A stretch of DNA of 64,000 nucleotides from a virus. Positions 46,516 through 56,454 of this stretch are shown here, piece after piece. The stretch's first letter is position 1. Every line of letters starts with the position of its first letter. The DNA is taken from positions 30,138-94,137 of the IMG/VR virus record IMGVR_UViG_3300048924_000619. One strand, given 5' to 3'. The position numbers and the translations under genes were made by a program. The notes beneath the pieces were generated by a model. It did not search any database and had not been told where the DNA came from. It saw only the letters and a program-made list of their open reading frames with translations.

Positions 46516-46550
46516 GAGGCCGCTCCGGCTCGCGTCGGGGCGGCCTCTTT
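46516..46550 (+). terminator. intrinsic terminator after tube gene
   Basis: GAGGCCGCTCCGGC-TCGC-GTCGGGGCGGCCTC-TTT. Confidence 0.75.
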
Positions 46551-46551
46551 C

Positions 46552-46573
46552 GTCGTGACAATAGCTTGGGGGC
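46552..46573 (+). promoter_or_regulatory. GTCGTGAC promoter, leaderless
   Basis: GTCGTGAC aatAgctTgggggc ATG; 14 nt spacer. Confidence 0.8.
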
Positions 46574-46978
46574 ATGACGGACGAATCGCCGACGGAATTC
46601 GTGGTGGAGGTGAAGGGCGTTGGCCAGTTCACCTTCGCCAAGCGGAACATGCGCCTGGAAATCAAGGCGGCGGTGGAGCTTCGGCGGCTCACCGAAGGAG
46701 TCGACCTGGACGACTTCACGCTGACGTTCTTGCGCGCCACCGCGGAGCTCAAGGCGCTCACGAAGTCGGCGCCGAAGGGCTGGGCCCCCGAAGAACTCGA
46801 CGACCTCGACCCCTATGACGACGCGACGTACGGCCGCGTCCTGCTGGTGTGGGGGGCGCTCCGCGAGAAGGAACGTCCCTTTCGCGGAGCTGCTGCGGGC
46901 GTGCAAGCGGGCGGCCAAGACGCAGGCGGGGACGGCGGATCTTTGGTTCCGCCGAACCTTCAATCTGGCGCCGACTGA
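46574..46978 (+). CDS. tail assembly chaperone
   Basis: Between tube and tape measure; acidic; contains CCC TTT CGC. Confidence 0.7.
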   Translation: MTDESPTEFVVEVKGVGQFTFAKRNMRLEIKAAVELRRLTEGVDLDDFTLTFLRATAELKALTKSAPKGWAPEELDDLDPYDDATYGRVLLVWGALREKERPFRGAAAGVQAGGQDAGGDGGSLVPPNLQSGAD

Positions 46979-47168
46979 CGCGAGATACCTAGACGCGACG
47001 CCCGAGCAGATCATCACCGAGTACTGGGCGCACCACTACGACAATCTCGTGCGGTCCGGAAAGTCCGTCGACGATGAAGTCGAGGACGAAGACTTCGACA
47101 AGGACTCCGTCCTGCAGGCGATGGAGTCGGACGACTGGCTCGACATCGTGAACAACGGCGGGGATTGA
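46878..47168 (+). CDS. tail assembly chaperone C-terminal extension (+1 frame, probable frameshift product)
   Basis: Overlapping +1 frame encoding LWFRRTFNLAPTDARYLDATPEQI and an acidic tail; no good independent start. Confidence 0.6.
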   Translation, partial: PFAELLRACKRAAKTQAGTADLWFRRTFNLAPTDARYLDATPEQIITEYWAHHYDNLVRSGKSVDDEVEDEDFDKDSVLQAMESDDWLDIVNNGGD

Positions 47169-47169
47169 G

Positions 47170-49722
47170 GTGGGGCAAGAAATCAAGATCCCCGTCGAGG
47201 CGAAGGTCGACGGCGCCAAGAAGGCCGCCGGAGACCTCGCCGACGCGTTCGAGGGCGTCGAGAAGGCGGTCGGCTCGATCGACGGCGCCGCGAAGCGCGC
47301 CGGCGCATCGCTCGACCGCCTGACCACGCGCCTCGAGGAAATCAAGCGCGTCCAGGAGAGCCTCCAAAAGCTCGGCATTGGCCTTTCGGAAGGCGACGCC
47401 GACAGCTTCCTGCAACGCTGGGGCTCGATGCGCAGCGCGCGCGGCCCGGCGACGGCTGCGGTGCGGCGCTTCGACGATTTCGACTCCTGGTATCGCGGCC
47501 ATGAAGGCCTCTATTCGTCGCCGCGAGAGGCTGCGCGCCATCGCCGGCAGATGATCACCACGGCGCTCCAGGGCACGGACTATGCCCGCTCCCGCGCGCC
47601 CACGGTCGACGAGGGCGGCGGTGGGGGCGGCGACGAGGGCGGTGGCGGCGGTGGCGGTGGCGGAGCCTGGGGCGGCGGTCTGGCGCGCGCCCGGTCGCAA
47701 GCCTTGGCGTTCGGCAAGTCGATGTTGGCGCTCGCCGGCATCAACAGCGCCATGGCGATGGCCGGCCGCGGCATCGACAACGCCAACGAAGAGGCGACCG
47801 GCATCGACAACCTCAAGCGCCGTATCGGCGACCTGGGAGTCGAGTTCGAGGGGCTGCGCGACCAGGCGCGCCAAGCCGGCCAAGGCCTGGGCGTCACCTA
47901 TGTCGAGAGCCAGCGCCTCGCCCAGTCCTACGCGCGGACCGTCGGAAATCTGAATTTCTCGGACGCTGGGCGGCTGGGTGGATCAGTGCGGCTGGGTATG
48001 GGCCTGTCGCGGAGCTACGGGCTCGACCTCGAGGAGGGAAATCAGTTCTTCGGCTCGATGGCCAAATATGGCGTCGCGCGCGATGAGCAATCCCAGCGGC
48101 GCCTGGCGCTGATGATCGGCGACTCGGTGGCGCGCTCCGGCTACTCGGGCAAGGTCGACGAGCTGCTCGGCGCCATCACGAATTACAGCGCGATCGCGGC
48201 CCGGCAAACGCTGACAACCCCCAACGTCGAGGCCTACGCGAATGCACTGACTTCGCTCGTCGGGAAGTACACGGGCCTGGGGCCGAACGAGGCCAGCGCT
48301 CTGATCGGGCAGGCTGACGGCGCGGTTCGCCGCGGCGGCGCCATGGGCGAGGCCTCGCAGAATTTCATCTACAGCGCCTTGCGCAACTTCTCGCCCGGTC
48401 TGTCGCCGTTGCAAGCGATGGCCATGTGGCAAGGCGGTCTGTTCTCGACCAACTCGAACACCTTCGGCCAAGGGCCGCTGATGGGCATGGGTCCCGCTGG
48501 CGGCAACATGACGACGTTCGAGAAGATCGTGAAAACGCTCCGCGGCCGCGGCGGCTACCAGGATCCGCTGTACCTCGCCTCGGCCATGGGCGGCATCACG
48601 GGGCTCGACCTCGCTCAATCGAAAGCGCTGACCGACATGGCCACATCCGGCCAGCTCGGGCAGTCCATGGGGCTGCTGAAGGCGGCCGGCGTGGATCCGA
48701 ATTCCATCAGCGCGACGGGCATGCCGCTGATCGGGCGCATCGCCGGTGCGAGGGGCCGTGGCGGCCTGACCGAGATCTACGACCAGATCCGCGGCCGCAA
48801 AGACATCACGCCTGACCAGAAGGCGGCCCTGGACCGAGCGATGAAGGCTGGCGGCGACGAGGAGGTTCGCAAGGCTCTCGTCCGGGTCGCCGCCCTGCTC
48901 GACCAGGAATCGACCAAGGGAACGGATACCCGCAAGTCGCTGGCCGATTTGAACGACAGCCTGACGCGGGTCGGCGACAAGCTGCTCGAGCCTCTGAACA
49001 GCATTCGGAATGCCGTCGTCGCAATGGCGGGTGCCTCCGTTCCGGGCTTTCTGGATTCGACCGGCGGCGTGCCGATCGGCCAGGAGTCCTGGCACGGCGG
49101 CAACCAGGGCGCCGGCAAGGGGAACGCGGCGCGCTCCCCGCTTGAGAAGCAGGCGATGGCCTACTTCATGAGCCAGGGGTGGACGAAGGCGCAATCGGCC
49201 GGGATCGTCGGCAACCTGATCGCCGAGTCGAACCTCAACTCCAAAGCGCTCGGCGACTACAATGGCGCCGGCGCGCCGCAAGCGCGGGGCCTTGCGCAGT
49301 GGCACGCGGACCGCTGGAACCGGCTGGTGAAGTGGGCCAAGGCCAAGGGCCTCAACCCCGACGACTACCAGACGCAGCTGCAATACGTGCAGTACGAGCT
49401 GACGCAGGATGGGCGGGAGGCGGGCGCTCACGGGGCGCTCCGGGGCGCGGGGACTGCGCGCGAGGCGGCCGCAGCCATGCTCGCCTATGAGCGGCCGAAG
49501 GGCTGGGACCGTGCCCACGGATACCGGCCTGAGGCGGCCACTGGCTGGGACAGCCGATCCGGCCAGGCGGTCCGGCTGGCGGGCTCCGTCGAGGTCAACG
49601 TCCGCCATCCGGACGGCCGCAAAGAAAAGCACAACGTGCCGCTCAAGCCGGTCGCGGCGCCGCAGCCGGCCGGCCTGCGCGGGGTTGCGTGGCGTGTCGG
49701 CGAATGGATCGAGGGTCGCTGA
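47170..49722 (+). CDS. tape measure protein with C-terminal phage tail lysozyme-like domain
   Basis: A/G-rich helical body; AMAYFMSQGW...AGIVGNLIAES, GLAQW. Confidence 0.85.
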   Translation: MGQEIKIPVEAKVDGAKKAAGDLADAFEGVEKAVGSIDGAAKRAGASLDRLTTRLEEIKRVQESLQKLGIGLSEGDADSFLQRWGSMRSARGPATAAVRRFDDFDSWYRGHEGLYSSPREAARHRRQMITTALQGTDYARSRAPTVDEGGGGGGDEGGGGGGGGGAWGGGLARARSQALAFGKSMLALAGINSAMAMAGRGIDNANEEATGIDNLKRRIGDLGVEFEGLRDQARQAGQGLGVTYVESQRLAQSYARTVGNLNFSDAGRLGGSVRLGMGLSRSYGLDLEEGNQFFGSMAKYGVARDEQSQRRLALMIGDSVARSGYSGKVDELLGAITNYSAIAARQTLTTPNVEAYANALTSLVGKYTGLGPNEASALIGQADGAVRRGGAMGEASQNFIYSALRNFSPGLSPLQAMAMWQGGLFSTNSNTFGQGPLMGMGPAGGNMTTFEKIVKTLRGRGGYQDPLYLASAMGGITGLDLAQSKALTDMATSGQLGQSMGLLKAAGVDPNSISATGMPLIGRIAGARGRGGLTEIYDQIRGRKDITPDQKAALDRAMKAGGDEEVRKALVRVAALLDQESTKGTDTRKSLADLNDSLTRVGDKLLEPLNSIRNAVVAMAGASVPGFLDSTGGVPIGQESWHGGNQGAGKGNAARSPLEKQAMAYFMSQGWTKAQSAGIVGNLIAESNLNSKALGDYNGAGAPQARGLAQWHADRWNRLVKWAKAKGLNPDDYQTQLQYVQYELTQDGREAGAHGALRGAGTAREAAAAMLAYERPKGWDRAHGYRPEAATGWDSRSGQAVRLAGSVEVNVRHPDGRKEKHNVPLKPVAAPQPAGLRGVAWRVGEWIEGR

Positions 49723-51248
49723 TGGCGGATATTCCGGTCGCTCAGGAAATCGTCGTCACGGCGCCGCCCGCCGCCCCGCCGCGCCGCGTGCGTCCCTACC
49801 GGCCGCAGTTTTCCGTCATCCTCAAGAAGTCGGTGCTGCGGACCCAGGTCGCGCAGGACGTGAACGTCTCCTCGCGGGTCAACGGGCTCGCGAACCAGGA
49901 AATCGACCTCGCGCAATTCCTCGGCGAGGGGAACGCCGTGACGGTCCGCCGCTCGGTGCGCGGCGGAGACAGCGGCTCGTTTTCGATCCAGTTTCCCGAT
50001 CAGATGAGCCGCGGCCAGCTCGAGAGCTTCTATGGGCTCGTCGAGCCGATGGACGTCATCGAAATCCGCATGGCGCGGTCGCCGACGGGAGCCGGCGGCT
50101 CGGCGGCGCTACCGGTCGTGCTCCGTGGCTTCGTGAGTCAGGTCTCGCGCGACGAGGTGATGACGAACAACGGCCCGCAACGCGTCGTCGCGATCGCTGG
50201 CCACGACTACATGAAGCTGCTCCAGATCATGCGCGTGATCTACCTGCCCACGATGATCGTGGGGCAGGACTTGCTCACGCCCATGAACCTCTTCCTGAAC
50301 TACGGGGTGGACGCTAAGAACTACGTCACGGCGGCCGACTTCGTGAAAGAGGTGCTCGAGAAGACGGTGCAGCCGTTCATCGGGCGTCTGCAGGGCGCGA
50401 CGGGGTCCGGATCCTCGCCCGTCGAGCAGCTCCAGCTGGGTATCAACGTGTCGCCGGCGGATAGCTCCAACGTGAGCCCCTTCGGGACGCAGTCCTGGGC
50501 CGGCGGGACGATCTACGATCTGCTGGCCCAATTCGGCGACGTCGGGCCCTGGCAGGAGCTCTACGTGTCCGACGAGGACGACGGGCCCAAGCTGAACTAT
50601 CGGCCAACGCCGTTCAAGGACGCCACGGGCGCGATGATCCAGGCCGATGCGGCGGCGGATAGCGTGACGATCGACGCGGCCGACGTCATGGAATTGCACG
50701 CGTCCCGCTCGGATGACGACGTGGGGAATTACTTCTGGGTCGATGCGCCCCGCTACCAGCTGATCGGCTCGCCGATCCTGCAGCAGGACCAGAACCTCGA
50801 CCCGGCGCCGGACCTGACCAGCTATCAAAACTGCGACCCCAAGATCTACGGGACGCGGCTGTTGCGGGTGAGCTCCAATCAGGGTGGCCGTTACGATGGA
50901 CAGTCTGAGGCCGGCGTGACCCAGGGCGACCAGGACGCGGTCGATATGGTCAACCAGAAGCGGCGGATCCTGATCGAGAACAACAAGGACAACGTCGTGC
51001 TGGAGACGGGCTACATGCGCGTCAAGGGCGACGAGACGATCAAGCCGGGCATGTACGTGAAGGTCCGGCGGAACGCGTTCACGGCGAGCTACTACGCGCA
51101 CACCGTGACGCAGACGTTCGTCTTCGGCGGCGTCTTCACCACCACGATCGAATTCGACCGCGGGACAGGCTTCCTGGAACGCGTGCAGCGGGAGGGGACC
51201 GCGAGTCCATACCTCTCGGAAGTCGGCAGGGGCGTCTATGCCAGCTAA
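49722..51248 (+). CDS. baseplate hub-like protein
   Basis: Follows TMP; beta-rich; KGDETIKPGMYV. Confidence 0.7.
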   Translation: MADIPVAQEIVVTAPPAAPPRRVRPYRPQFSVILKKSVLRTQVAQDVNVSSRVNGLANQEIDLAQFLGEGNAVTVRRSVRGGDSGSFSIQFPDQMSRGQLESFYGLVEPMDVIEIRMARSPTGAGGSAALPVVLRGFVSQVSRDEVMTNNGPQRVVAIAGHDYMKLLQIMRVIYLPTMIVGQDLLTPMNLFLNYGVDAKNYVTAADFVKEVLEKTVQPFIGRLQGATGSGSSPVEQLQLGINVSPADSSNVSPFGTQSWAGGTIYDLLAQFGDVGPWQELYVSDEDDGPKLNYRPTPFKDATGAMIQADAAADSVTIDAADVMELHASRSDDDVGNYFWVDAPRYQLIGSPILQQDQNLDPAPDLTSYQNCDPKIYGTRLLRVSSNQGGRYDGQSEAGVTQGDQDAVDMVNQKRRILIENNKDNVVLETGYMRVKGDETIKPGMYVKVRRNAFTASYYAHTVTQTFVFGGVFTTTIEFDRGTGFLERVQREGTASPYLSEVGRGVYAS

Positions 51249-51993
51249 TCCCTTCAGCGCCGCGCGGGTGGCCAAGGTCGTGCGCGTGATGCCAGAGGCG
51301 CATGCCTGCGACCTCATCTACCTCGACGACCTCAGCCGGGCCCCGCTCGTTCAGATCATGGCGGGCGTCTCGACCGACACGGGACATGTCGACCTGCCCG
51401 AGCCCGCGGCGCCTTCTGACGAGGAGGCGCCCCACCGGGCCACGAAGGATCGCGACCTCTACGCTGTCGTCATGCCCGTCGGCGGCATCCCCCTGGTCTG
51501 GGGATTCCTGCCGCCGCAAGTCTCGCAACTGCTGTTCCGCGGCCGCAAGAACTTCCGCGTGAGCCGTCACGGATCCGACGTCTATTCGACGCTCGAGGAC
51601 GACGGTTCGTTCACCTTCGCGTGGCCGAACGGGACCTATATGAAGGTCGGTGCCGCGCCGGCGAAAGAAGATCTGACCGGCAAGGATTTCGACGCCAAGT
51701 GGGAGATCAAGCGCAACAGGGCCGTCGCGCCGCATGTGCACCTCTCCGTCGCCGACGGGGAGGGGGCCGAGACGGCAGTGATCGACATCGCTCCGTCTGG
51801 AGCCATCACCTCCAGCGCGCCGAGTTGGACCCACACTGGGCCCTTCCATGCGACCGGGGACATCACCTCGGATGGAACGGTCCATGGGGCGGTCGACGTG
51901 ATCGCCGACGACATCAGCGGCAAGAGCCACACTCACGCGGTCAAGAACGTGCAGTCAGGCTCGGCGACGAAGGAATCCGATCCGCCGACCTAG
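51238..51993 (+). CDS. baseplate spike (gpV-like)
   Basis: OB-fold-like N-terminus; C-terminal beta repeats ending in SHTH metal-binding tip. Confidence 0.8.
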   Translation: MPANPFSAARVAKVVRVMPEAHACDLIYLDDLSRAPLVQIMAGVSTDTGHVDLPEPAAPSDEEAPHRATKDRDLYAVVMPVGGIPLVWGFLPPQVSQLLFRGRKNFRVSRHGSDVYSTLEDDGSFTFAWPNGTYMKVGAAPAKEDLTGKDFDAKWEIKRNRAVAPHVHLSVADGEGAETAVIDIAPSGAITSSAPSWTHTGPFHATGDITSDGTVHGAVDVIADDISGKSHTHAVKNVQSGSATKESDPPT

Positions 51994-52325
51994 TCGAACT
52001 TCACGTCGGCCACGAAATCGTCTGAACCGTCGATGCCGGCAAATCGGATCCAGGCTGAGGTTTGGGTTCCGGCCTGGGCGTCATAGACCGGCGGACTCGC
52101 ATAGAACCATGTGTCGTTGCTGTCGTGGACCTGCTGTGGCGATCCGAATTCAGCCGAGACCTGAGCCTTGGTCAGGTTCACGACATGCGCGGCGAACTGC
52201 TCCTTGGTGTACCGGGTCTGGACTGCGACCGGGGCCGCATCTGCCGCCGCCTGGGGCTCGTCCGGCGCCTGCGCCTGGCTGCATCCGCACAGGGTGAGCG
52301 CAACTAATAGGGCAGCTAAGCGCAT
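51990..52325 (-). CDS. lipoprotein, BamE/SmpA-like fold candidate (moron)
   Basis: MRLAALLVALTLCG-C lipobox; LTKAQV..EFGSP...WFY; SD GGAGGA. Confidence 0.7.
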   Translation of the reverse strand: MRLAALLVALTLCGCSQAQAPDEPQAAADAAPVAVQTRYTKEQFAAHVVNLTKAQVSAEFGSPQQVHDSNDTWFYASPPVYDAQAGTQTSAWIRFAGIDGSDDFVADVKFD

Positions 52326-52382
52326 AATTCCTCCGGGGCGAGCATAGCGGACAGCTCGGCCACGATCAAACACAGTCTATGC

Positions 52383-52404
52383 GTCGTGATCGCATCATCA
52401 CGGC
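52383..52404 (+). promoter_or_regulatory. GTCGTGAT promoter variant, leaderless
   Basis: GTCGTGAT cgcAtcaTcacggc ATG; 14 nt spacer. Confidence 0.75.
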
Positions 52405-53556
52405 ATGACGGCGACCACCACGCAAAAGGCAGATGCGGCGCCAATCGGATTCCGCCTCGAGCCCGCCAGCGGCGCGGCGGTCAGCTTCACGTTGCCGATT
52501 CGCCCCGAGGATCTGAATTACAGCGAGCCGGCCATGCAGACGCCGGCGGCCACGTTCGGCGGCGCGTTCGTTGACGACTTCGGCCGCGGCATCCAATCCA
52601 TCTCGATCTCCGGCACGACTGGCTGGGGGCAGGGAACGCGGCCCGACGGGGCTGAGCAGTTCAAGCGCCTCTACGACACGGTCTGGGTCCGGTGGCATGC
52701 GGAGCGCGAGTCGGCGCTCAGCCGCGGCCAGGATCCCAATGACGTTCGGCTAATCTTCGTCGACGCGCTCAATGATCGCGTGGTCACGGTCATGCCCGGG
52801 TTGTTCGTCCTGAAGCGCAACAAGACCCGGCCGCTACTGGCCATGTACCAGATCAACATGATCGTGACCGACACGGGCGTCGTTCCTTCACAGGACGATC
52901 CCCTCAGCATCGGCTCGAGCAGCTCCAGCTTCGGCGTGCTTTCGGGTCTCGCCAGCCTCAAGGCCAGCGTGGGCAAGATCGAGGCTGCGGTGAGCAACGC
53001 CCGCGGCTTCATCGACGCGACCATCGCGCAGCCGGTGCGAGCCTTCATGGGCATGACGCACGAGGTCATGACGGGCGTTTCCGGCCTGGTGGATGGCGTG
53101 AAAGGGGTTGTGGGGGCTGAGGCCGCGCAACTGGCCGGCGTCGGCGCCGATCTGGCGCTGGCGGGGCGCAACGCCTTCCAGGCCTACAATGCCGTGGCCA
53201 ACGCGCCAGATTTCCTGCGCGCTGAGGTGTCCGCGGTGGCGGCCAACTATCAGAACGCCTTCTGTATCCTCAAGAACTCCTTCCGCAAGGTCGAGGAGTA
53301 CCCGGACTACTCGGGTCTGTATGGAGCGTTCAATTGCTCCTCGACCGTCGGGGGATCTCCTCTCAGCATCTACGCTGACACGAACCCATGGGAAGTCCTC
53401 GCCCCCAAGATTCCGGGCGTCGCGGCGATCACGCAGGACGCCCGCGAGCAGATCGACCTGCTCAAGAGGGGCGACCCCGTTCTGTCGCCGATGAGCCTGT
53501 CCGAAATCGGCGCGCGGCTCGGTGTCATCGCCGGCGGCGTGCAGGTGACGCTGTGA
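52405..53556 (+). CDS. baseplate/tube initiator-like protein
   Basis: PIRPEDL...TFGGAFVDDFG.G...ISISGTTG. Confidence 0.65.
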   Translation: MTATTTQKADAAPIGFRLEPASGAAVSFTLPIRPEDLNYSEPAMQTPAATFGGAFVDDFGRGIQSISISGTTGWGQGTRPDGAEQFKRLYDTVWVRWHAERESALSRGQDPNDVRLIFVDALNDRVVTVMPGLFVLKRNKTRPLLAMYQINMIVTDTGVVPSQDDPLSIGSSSSSFGVLSGLASLKASVGKIEAAVSNARGFIDATIAQPVRAFMGMTHEVMTGVSGLVDGVKGVVGAEAAQLAGVGADLALAGRNAFQAYNAVANAPDFLRAEVSAVAANYQNAFCILKNSFRKVEEYPDYSGLYGAFNCSSTVGGSPLSIYADTNPWEVLAPKIPGVAAITQDAREQIDLLKRGDPVLSPMSLSEIGARLGVIAGGVQVTL

Positions 53557-54167
53557 CGGCGCCGACCCGGACGCTGCGCGGCTGGCGCTTCGTGGCCGTC
53601 CGCCATAGCGACACGCTTCAGTCGATCGCCCTGCGTGAACTTGGGAATGCGGACCGCTGGCGCGACCTGATCGCGATAAATGATCTGGCCCCGCCCTACA
53701 TCACGAACGACCCCGCCCAGGCCAGCCCGCGCGTGCTCGGGCCGGGGGACCAGCTGCGCGTGCCTGCAGCGACGGCGTCGGCCACCTCGGTCGATGACCC
53801 GACGCGGATCTTCGGCGTCGACCTGAAACTGACCAACGGCCGGCTCAGCGCCGAGAATGGCGACTTTGCCACCGTCAGCGGGGTGAAGAACCTCGATCAG
53901 GCGATCGTCAATAGGATTCAAACCCCGACTGGGCGGCTGGCCTTCCACCCGGACTATGGCTGCAAGGTTCACGAGCTCTTGGGGGAGAAGAACCTCCCGA
54001 CGAAGGCGGCGCTGGGCGCCGCGTTCGTACGCGGCTCACTTCTCAACGACCCGCGCATCTCCAACGTCCCCTCCGTCTCGGTCAGGTCGCAGGCCGACGC
54101 CTTGCCGATCGAAGCCACAGTGCAGCCCATCACGGGTTCGACCGTCGACGTTCAGACTTCGGTGTAG
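53553..54167 (+). CDS. LysM plus gp25/GPW-like baseplate protein
   Basis: DTLQSIALRELGNADRW..LIAINDL; NLDQAI..RIQTP.G..HPDYG. Confidence 0.8.
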   Translation: MTAPTRTLRGWRFVAVRHSDTLQSIALRELGNADRWRDLIAINDLAPPYITNDPAQASPRVLGPGDQLRVPAATASATSVDDPTRIFGVDLKLTNGRLSAENGDFATVSGVKNLDQAIVNRIQTPTGRLAFHPDYGCKVHELLGEKNLPTKAALGAAFVRGSLLNDPRISNVPSVSVRSQADALPIEATVQPITGSTVDVQTSV

Positions 54168-54169
54168 AT

Positions 54170-55291
54170 ATGTCGTTCCAGATCCGCGATTTCACGTCCA
54201 TCACGGCGTCCATGATCAACCATCTCCGCGCGTCGCAGCGCGAGGTGACGGACTTCAACGTGGGGGCCGTCGGCCGGACCATGCTGGAGTCCGTCTCTCA
54301 AGAGATCGATCAGTTCTACCTGGACATGTTCAATAGCGTGAAAGACGCCATCCCGGTCGCGACCTATGCGACGTTCAGCTTCGACAAGCTGCCGCCGGGC
54401 CCAGCCGCTGGCGTGGTCACGGTCACGGTCGACGTCTCGAGCCAGGACGTGGTCATTCCCGCGGCGACCGTGTTCACTCCTGTCGCCGGCGGGATGGCGT
54501 TCACGAACACCGATACGATGACGATCGCGGCCGGCTCCTCGACCGTCGAAGTTTCGATCGTCGCCGTGGCGTCGGGGAGCGCGGGCAACGTCGCCGCGGA
54601 TGTGCAATTCGGCCTGACGCCGGCGCCGGCGAATTTTGTGAGCGCCACGAACGCGCGGCCGTTCAACAGTGGCCGTGACCTGGAATCCAACGACGAGCAA
54701 AAGCAGCGCTTCAACTCCTACATCTCGACCCTCCCGCGAGGGACGAACGATGCGGTGATTTACGGGGCCAAGACCACGGCGCTGTTCAACGCCGCCGGCG
54801 TCGAGGTTGAGCGCGCGCGCTGCGTCTCTCTGGTCGAGCCCTATCTCGATGATCCGGATCAACCGATTTCGCTGATCCTGGTCTACGTCCATAACGGCGA
54901 AGGCTCGACGTCGGGGGCGCTCGTTGCAGAGGTCGACAAGGTGCTGCGCGGGTACACGACGCCAGCCGGAGTCAAAGTGCCAGGCTGGAAGGCGGCTGGC
55001 GTGAAGCTGGTCACGGCCGCGGCGACAGAGGTTGAGGTCGACCTCACGGGGGCGATTACGTTGAACCCGGGCTACGACGGACCCACGGCGATCGCCGATG
55101 CAACAGCCCTGCTGCAGCGGCAAATCCTTGAGCTCGATAACGGCATGCCGAGCCTCTACAAGGATCGGGTGATCCTCGTCGGCGACCTGCCGGCCGTCGC
55201 GAACATCGTCTTCACGATCGGAACCAGCGACGTCACCTGTGACCGCAACGAGAAGCTCGTTCCCGGCACAATCACGCTGACGGCCTCGTAG
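54170..55291 (+). CDS. baseplate J-like wedge protein
   Basis: TDFNVGAVGRTMLE, GSAGNV, GRDLESNDE..QRF. Confidence 0.88.
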   Translation: MSFQIRDFTSITASMINHLRASQREVTDFNVGAVGRTMLESVSQEIDQFYLDMFNSVKDAIPVATYATFSFDKLPPGPAAGVVTVTVDVSSQDVVIPAATVFTPVAGGMAFTNTDTMTIAAGSSTVEVSIVAVASGSAGNVAADVQFGLTPAPANFVSATNARPFNSGRDLESNDEQKQRFNSYISTLPRGTNDAVIYGAKTTALFNAAGVEVERARCVSLVEPYLDDPDQPISLILVYVHNGEGSTSGALVAEVDKVLRGYTTPAGVKVPGWKAAGVKLVTAAATEVEVDLTGAITLNPGYDGPTAIADATALLQRQILELDNGMPSLYKDRVILVGDLPAVANIVFTIGTSDVTCDRNEKLVPGTITLTAS

Positions 55292-56404
55292 ATGAAGCTG
55301 ACCGATAGCCTCCTCAAAAACCTGAACGACGTCTTCGACAAGGATCCCGAGAAGTTCGTCGCCCTGCGCGTGACGTTCGATGGGTCGATGACGTGGGCTG
55401 TGACCGATGGGGTCCTGACGCTGACCGTGGACGATCGGCCGGACGCGTCTCTCACCTATGACCTGTCGCAGGTCACTCTGCGCCAGCTGGTCGACTCGAT
55501 CGCCGGTCACGCGGGCTACGAGGTCGGCTACCTGGATCCAGATCGGTCAGACCTGTCTGGCCTGGTGCTGCTGGACGGAACCGGCAATCAGTCCGAATTC
55601 AATGGCGACGCCATTTTCGGATACAGCTCGCTTCTCTGGGCGGTGGCGGAGGCGTTCGCGCGAGGCCTGCAAACGGCGGCGGACCAGATCCCGGAAGCGC
55701 CGCGCCAGCTGAGCACACCAACGGCCGCCGGGTCGTGGCTGGATGAGCTCGGGTCCTACTACAAAGTGCCTCGCCTCACGAACGAGGACGACCGCATCTA
55801 TGGCCCGCGCATCCTGGCCGAGGTCTTGCGACCGATGTCGAACAATATCGCCTTGGAGCGGGCGATTGAGGACTATACCGGCCAGCCCTGCCAAGTGGTC
55901 GACGTGACGGTGTACCGGGGCGTCTACCCGATCTATGACGGCTCGATCACGTATGACGGAACGTACGACTACGACGTCGTTGGCTTCCCGAATTACGGCT
56001 TGTTCGACGTCTCGGTCGCCTACGACCTCATCAATAGCGGCGACATCTCGACGTTCCTCACGACCGTCCACACGATCGTCGATCGGTTGCGGGCGGCCGG
56101 AACCCACCTGCGGGGCCTCGCTCTGCGCGCAGACGGCACGCCCCTGACGGACACCCTGACCGCCCCCACCGACACAATGTCAGTGCCAATGACCACGGGC
56201 GCCTTCACCGATAGCCTCTCGGCGCCGGGCGAGACCTTCGGCGGCGCGGCCGGGCTGTTGGCGGCCTTGGCGGACACCTTCACCGCTCCAACGGATGCGG
56301 CGACCGGGGTAATCACGCAGACCCTCACCACGGCCGATGGCGCGACGATCACCGATGATTCGGGTGTGCCGATCCTGATCAGCACGGCGTCAATCTTCAC
56401 CTGA
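55292..56404 (+). CDS. baseplate wedge protein (gpI-like)
   Basis: TAAGSWLDELGSYY.VPR...EDD..Y..RI; RAAGT. Confidence 0.7.
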   Translation: MKLTDSLLKNLNDVFDKDPEKFVALRVTFDGSMTWAVTDGVLTLTVDDRPDASLTYDLSQVTLRQLVDSIAGHAGYEVGYLDPDRSDLSGLVLLDGTGNQSEFNGDAIFGYSSLLWAVAEAFARGLQTAADQIPEAPRQLSTPTAAGSWLDELGSYYKVPRLTNEDDRIYGPRILAEVLRPMSNNIALERAIEDYTGQPCQVVDVTVYRGVYPIYDGSITYDGTYDYDVVGFPNYGLFDVSVAYDLINSGDISTFLTTVHTIVDRLRAAGTHLRGLALRADGTPLTDTLTAPTDTMSVPMTTGAFTDSLSAPGETFGGAAGLLAALADTFTAPTDAATGVITQTLTTADGATITDDSGVPILISTASIFT

Positions 56405-56417
56405 ATCAAGCCTCGCG

Positions 56418-56439
56418 GTCGTGACCGCATAGTCGGGCC
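56418..56439 (+). promoter_or_regulatory. GTCGTGAC-N3-A-N3-T promoter
   Basis: GTCGTGAC cgcAtagTcgggcc. Confidence 0.7.
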
Positions 56440-56454
56440 CATGCGAGGCGCCCA

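Noticed and set aside
47611-47680. GGC-rich run in the tape measure gene
   Set aside because: Encodes a poly-Gly linker; not a CRISPR or contingency repeat
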